DNA of 64,000 nucleotides from Escherichia coli O127:H6 str. E2348/69 (GTDB lineage Bacteria; Pseudomonadota; Gammaproteobacteria; Enterobacterales; Enterobacteriaceae): NCBI RefSeq assembly GCF_000026545.1, contig NC_011601.1; one strand, 5' to 3'. Shown piece by piece: positions 59,747 to 64,000 of this stretch (position 1 is its first letter; each line of letters starts with the position of its first letter). The notes under the pieces were generated by a model. It saw only the letters and a program-made list of their open reading frames with translations, ran no database searches and was not told where the DNA came from. The position numbers and the translations under genes were made by a program.

Positions 59747-61471
59747 ATGGAGATGTTGTCTGGAGCCGAGATGGTCGTCCGATCGCTTATCGATCAGGGC
59801 GTTAAACAAGTATTCGGTTATCCCGGAGGCGCGGTCCTTGATATTTACGATGCATTGCATACCGTGGGTGGTATCGATCATGTTTTAGTTCGTCATGAGC
59901 AGGCGGCGGTGCATATGGCCGATGGTCTGGCGCGCGCGACCGGGGAAGTCGGCGTCGTGCTGGTAACGTCGGGTCCAGGGGCGACCAATGCGATTACTGG
60001 CATTGCCACCGCTTATATGGATTCCATTCCCTTAGTTGTCCTTTCCGGGCAGGTAGCGACCTCGTTGATAGGCTACGATGCCTTTCAGGAGTGCGACATG
60101 GTGGGGATTTCTCGCCCGGTGGTTAAACACAGTTTTCTGGTTAAGCAAACGGAAGACATTCCGCAGGTGCTGAAAAAGGCTTTCTGGCTGGCGGCAAGTG
60201 GTCGCCCTGGGCCCGTGGTCGTTGATTTACCCAAAGATATTCTTAATCCGGCGAACAAATTACCCTACGTCTGGCCGGAGTCGGTCAGTATGCGATCTTA
60301 CAATCCCACGACCTCCGGGCATAAAGGGCAAATTAAGCGCGCTCTGCAAACGCTGGTGGCGGCAAAAAAACCGGTTGTCTATGTAGGCGGTGGGGCAATC
60401 ACGGCGGGCTGTCATCAGCAGCTAAAAGAAACGGTGGAGGCGTTGAATCTGCCCGTTGTTTCCTCATTAATGGGGCTGGGGGCGTTTCCGGCAACGCATC
60501 GTCAGGCTCTGGGCATGCTGGGAATGCACGGCACCTACGAAGCTAATATGACGATGCATAACGCGGATGTGATTTTTGCCGTCGGGGTACGTTTTGATGA
60601 CCGAACGACGAACAATCTGGCGAAGTACTGCCCAAATGCCACGGTTCTGCATATCGATATTGATCCTACTTCCATTTCTAAAACCGTGACTGCTGATATC
60701 CCGATTGTGGGGGATGCTCGCCAGGTCCTCGAACAAATGCTTGAACTCCTGTCGCAAGAATCCGTCCATCAACCGCTGGATGAGATCCGCGACTGGTGGC
60801 AGCAGATTGAACAGTGGCGCGCTCGTCAGTGCCTGAAATATGACACTCACAGTGAAAAGATTAAACCGCAGGCGGTGATCGAGACTCTTTGGCGGTTGAC
60901 TAATGGGGACGCTTACGTGACGTCCGATGTCGGGCAGCACCAGATGTTTGCTGCGCTTTATTATCCATTCGACAAACCGCGTCGCTGGATCAACTCTGGC
61001 GGCCTCGGCACGATGGGTTTTGGTTTACCTGCGGCACTGGGCGTCAAAATGGCGTTGCCAGAAGAAACCGTGGTTTGCGTCACTGGTGACGGCAGTATTC
61101 AGATGAATATCCAGGAACTGTCTACCGCGTTGCAATATGAGTTGCCCGTACTGGTGGTGAATCTCAATAACCGCTATCTGGGGATGGTGAAGCAGTGGCA
61201 GGACATGATCTATTCAGGCCGTCATTCACAATCTTATATGCAGTCCTTACCAGACTTCGTCCGTCTGGCGGAAGCCTATGGTCACGTCGGGATCCAGATC
61301 TCTCATCCGCAAGAACTGGAAAGCAAACTTAGCGAGGCGCTGGAACAGGTGCGCAATAATCGCCTGGTGTTTGTTGATGTTACCGTCGATGGCAGTGAGC
61401 ACGTCTACCCGATGCAGATTCGCGGGGGCGGAATGGATGAAATGTGGTTAAGCAAAACGGAGAGAACCTGA
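59747..61471 (+). CDS. ilvI: acetolactate synthase III large subunit
   Basis: ORF track 59657..61471 trimmed to ATG at 59747 ([28 protein letters not shown]..., 574 aa). Confidence 0.95.
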   Translation: MEMLSGAEMVVRSLIDQGVKQVFGYPGGAVLDIYDALHTVGGIDHVLVRHEQAAVHMADGLARATGEVGVVLVTSGPGATNAITGIATAYMDSIPLVVLSGQVATSLIGYDAFQECDMVGISRPVVKHSFLVKQTEDIPQVLKKAFWLAASGRPGPVVVDLPKDILNPANKLPYVWPESVSMRSYNPTTSGHKGQIKRALQTLVAAKKPVVYVGGGAITAGCHQQLKETVEALNLPVVSSLMGLGAFPATHRQALGMLGMHGTYEANMTMHNADVIFAVGVRFDDRTTNNLAKYCPNATVLHIDIDPTSISKTVTADIPIVGDARQVLEQMLELLSQESVHQPLDEIRDWWQQIEQWRARQCLKYDTHSEKIKPQAVIETLWRLTNGDAYVTSDVGQHQMFAALYYPFDKPRRWINSGGLGTMGFGLPAALGVKMALPEETVVCVTGDGSIQMNIQELSTALQYELPVLVVNLNNRYLGMVKQWQDMIYSGRHSQSYMQSLPDFVRLAEAYGHVGIQISHPQELESKLSEALEQVRNNRLVFVDVTVDGSEHVYPMQIRGGGMDEMWLSKTERT

Positions 61472-61473
61472 TT

Positions 61474-61965
61474 ATGCGCCGGATATTATCAGTCTTACTC
61501 GAAAATGAATCAGGCGCGTTATCCCGCGTGATTGGCCTTTTTTCCCAGCGTGGCTACAACATTGAAAGCCTGACCGTTGCGCCAACCGACGATCCGACAT
61601 TATCACGTATGACCATTCAGACCGTGGGCGATGAAAAAGTGCTTGAGCAAATCGAAAAGCAATTACACAAACTGGTCGATGTCTTGCGCGTGAGCGAGCT
61701 GGGGCAGGGGGCGCACGTCGAGCGGGAAATTATGCTGGTGAAAATTCAGGCCAGCGGCTACGGACGTGACGAAGTGAAGCGCAATACGGAAATATTTCGT
61801 GGGCAAATCATCGATGTCACGCCATCGCTTTACACCGTCCAACTGGCAGGCACCAGCGATAAGCTTGATGCATTTTTAGCATCGATTCGCGATGTGGCGA
61901 AAATTGTGGAAGTTGCTCGCTCTGGTGTAGTTGGACTTTCGCGCGGCGATAAAATAATGCGTTGA
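61474..61965 (+). CDS. ilvH: acetolactate synthase III small (regulatory) subunit
   Basis: ORF track 61444..61965 trimmed to ATG at 61474 ([19 protein letters not shown]..., 163 aa). Confidence 0.95.
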   Translation: MRRILSVLLENESGALSRVIGLFSQRGYNIESLTVAPTDDPTLSRMTIQTVGDEKVLEQIEKQLHKLVDVLRVSELGQGAHVEREIMLVKIQASGYGRDEVKRNTEIFRGQIIDVTPSLYTVQLAGTSDKLDAFLASIRDVAKIVEVARSGVVGLSRGDKIMR

Positions 61966-61990
61966 GAATGATCTCAATGCGCAATTTGCA

Positions 61991-62018
61991 GCCCAACATG
62001 TCACGTTGGGCTTTTTTT
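61991..62018 (+). terminator. rho-independent terminator after ilvH
   Basis: hairpin gcccaac-atgtcac-gttgggc followed by ttttttt. Confidence 0.7.
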
Positions 62019-62144
62019 GCGAATTCAGTGGGAACCTGGAATAAAAGCAGTTGCCGCAGTTAATTTTCTGCGCTTAGATGTTAATGAATTTAACCCATAC
62101 CAGTACAATGGCTATGGTTTTTACATTTTACGCAAGGGGCAATT

Positions 62145-63149
62145 GTGAAACTGGATGAAATCGCTCGGCTAGCGGGAGTGTCGCGGACCACTGCAAGCTA
62201 TGTTATTAACGGCAAAGCGAAGCAATACCGTGTGAGCGACAAAACCGTTGAAAAAGTCATGGCTGTGGTGCGTGAGCACAATTACCACCCGAACGCCGTG
62301 GCAGCTGGGCTTCGTGCTGGACGCACACGTTCTATTGGTCTTGTGATCCCCGATCTGGAGAACACCAGCTATACCCGCATCGCTAACTATCTTGAACGCC
62401 AGGCGCGGCAACGGGGTTATCAACTGCTGATTGCCTGCTCGGAAGATCAGCCCGACAACGAAATGCGCTGCATTGAGCACCTTTTACAGCGTCAGGTTGA
62501 TGCCATTATTGTTTCGACGTCGTTGCCACCAGAGCATCCTTTTTATCAACGCTGGGCTAACGACCCGTTCCCGATTGTCGCGCTGGATCGCGCCCTCGAT
62601 CGTGAACACTTCACCAGCGTGGTTGGTGCCGATCAGGATGATGCCGAAATGCTGGCGGAAGAGTTACGTAAGTTTCCCGCCGAGACGGTGCTTTATCTTG
62701 GCGCGCTGCCGGAGCTTTCTGTGAGCTTCTTGCGTGAGCAAGGTTTCCGTACTGCCTGGAAAGATGATCCGCGCGAAGTGCATTTCCTTTATGCCAACAG
62801 CTATGAGCGGGAGGCTGCTGCCCAGTTATTCGAAAAATGGCTGGAAACGCATCCGATGCCGCAGGCGCTGTTCACAACGTCGTTTGCGTTGTTGCAAGGG
62901 GTGATGGATGTCACGCTGCGTCGCGACGGCAAACTGCCTTCTGACTTGGCAATTGCCACCTTTGGCGATAACGAACTGCTCGACTTCTTACAGTGCCCGG
63001 TGCTGGCAGTGGCTCAACGTCACCGCGATGTCGCAGAACGTGTGCTGGAGATTGTCCTGGCAAGCCTGGACGAACCGCGTAAGCCAAAACCTGGTTTAAC
63101 GCGCATTAAACGTAATCTCTATCGCCGCGGCGTGCTCAGCCGTAGCTAA
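62145..63149 (+). CDS. cra: catabolite repressor/activator Cra (FruR), LacI family
   Basis: 334 aa ORF with GTG start, [23 protein letters not shown]... Confidence 0.95.
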   Translation: MKLDEIARLAGVSRTTASYVINGKAKQYRVSDKTVEKVMAVVREHNYHPNAVAAGLRAGRTRSIGLVIPDLENTSYTRIANYLERQARQRGYQLLIACSEDQPDNEMRCIEHLLQRQVDAIIVSTSLPPEHPFYQRWANDPFPIVALDRALDREHFTSVVGADQDDAEMLAEELRKFPAETVLYLGALPELSVSFLREQGFRTAWKDDPREVHFLYANSYEREAAAQLFEKWLETHPMPQALFTTSFALLQGVMDVTLRRDGKLPSDLAIATFGDNELLDFLQCPVLAVAQRHRDVAERVLEIVLASLDEPRKPKPGLTRIKRNLYRRGVLSRS

Positions 63150-63707
63150 GCCGCGAACAAAAGTATGCGCCAGGTGAATTTCTCTCTGGCGCGTTGAGTA
63201 CGGGAATGGACATCAATATCCTTAAAGTAAATAAGACTATTCCTGGCTATTATTGATAAATGCTTTTAAACCCGCCCGTTAATTAACTCACCTGCTGAAA
63301 TTCACAATAATTAAATGATATTGACAGCGCGTTTTTGCATTATTTTGTTACATGCAGAGATGAATTGCCGATTTAACAAACACTTTTCTTTGTTTTTGCG
63401 CAAACCTGCTGGCATCAAGCGCCACACAGACGCAACAGGGACTGTTAACCAGAGAAGATATGTCCTAAAATGCCGCTCGCGTCGCAAACTGACACTTTAT
63501 ATTTGCTGTGGAAAATAGTGAGTCATTTTAAAACGGTGATGACGATGAGGGATTTTTTCTTACAGCTATTCATAACGTTAATTTGCTTCGCACGTTGGAC
63601 GTAAAATAAACAACGCTGATATTAGCCGTAAACATCGGGTTTTTTACCTCGGTATGCCTTGTGACTGGCTTGACAAGCTTTTCCTCCGCTCCGTAAACTC
63701 CTTTCAG

Positions 63708-63732
63708 TGGGAAATTGTGGGGCAAAGTGGGA
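63708..63732 (+). promoter_or_regulatory. MraZ operator-like triple direct repeat in the mra promoter
   Basis: TGGGA-aattg-TGGGG-caaag-TGGGA, three TGGGN repeats on a 10 bp register, 19 nt upstream of mraZ. Confidence 0.65.
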
Positions 63733-63750
63733 ATAAGGGGTGAGGCTGGC

Positions 63751-64000
63751 ATGTTCCGGGGAGCAACGTTAGTCAATCTCGACAGCAAAGGGCGCTTATC
63801 AGTGCCTACCCGTTATCGGGAACAGCTGCTTGAGAACGCTGCCGGTCAAATGGTTTGCACCATTGACATTCATCACCCGTGCCTGCTGCTTTACCCCCTG
63901 CCTGAATGGGAAATTATCGAGCAAAAATTATCGCGTCTGTCGAGCACGAACCCGGTTGAGCGCCGTGTGCAGCGCCTACTGTTAGGTCATGCCAGCGAAT
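63751..64000 (+). CDS. mraZ: 5' part of mraZ (transcriptional regulator MraZ), partial
   Basis: ATG at 63751 opens a frame reading [65 protein letters not shown]... to the window edge; absent from the ORF track because no stop is reached. Confidence 0.85.
   Translation, partial: MFRGATLVNLDSKGRLSVPTRYREQLLENAAGQMVCTIDIHHPCLLLYPLPEWEIIEQKLSRLSSTNPVERRVQRLLLGHASE

Noticed and set aside
59602-59805. 67 aa ORF upstream of and overlapping ilvI, considered as a possible leader peptide
   Set aside because: No run of regulatory branched-chain codons and no attenuator structure; overlaps the ilvI start out of frame; likely spurious.
63150-63200. Hairpin gcgccag-gtgaatttctct-ctggcgc just after cra as a terminator
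   Set aside because: Loop is long (12 nt) and there is no following T-tract; too weak to call.

Overview
This window reads as an Escherichia coli chromosomal segment, colinear with the K-12 map from the 3' end of dapB through carAB, caiF, caiTABCDE/fixABCX, yaaU, kefFC, folA, apaH-apaG-rsmA-pdxA-surA-lptD, djlA, rluA, rapA, polB, araBAD/araC, yabI, thiBPQ, sgrR/sgrS-sgrT, leuLABCD, leuO, ilvIH and cra to the 5' end of mraZ. Gene calls rest on the six-frame ORF track plus my recollection of the E. coli proteins; starts were trimmed where the track over-extended an ORF. No BLAST or HMM search was run, so every comparison to K-12 or to plasmid F is from memory. Four places depart from the K-12 layout as I remember it: (1) a ccdA/ccdB-like toxin-antitoxin pair between folA and apaH; (2) a roughly 5.4 kb AT-rich island between araC and yabI carrying a five-gene same-strand cluster (DeoR-HTH::ribokinase fusion, divergent DapA-family class I aldolase, TctC/TctB/TctA-type transporter), which replaces the last codons of araC; (3) no setA between sgrS and leuD; (4) no yabP/yabQ between djlA and rluA. 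The araC-yabI island is the best candidate for an undescribed system: I read it as a self-regulated import-phosphorylate-cleave catabolic module for an unknown sugar or sugar acid. I found no CRISPR array, tRNA, rRNA, IS element or integrase in the window.
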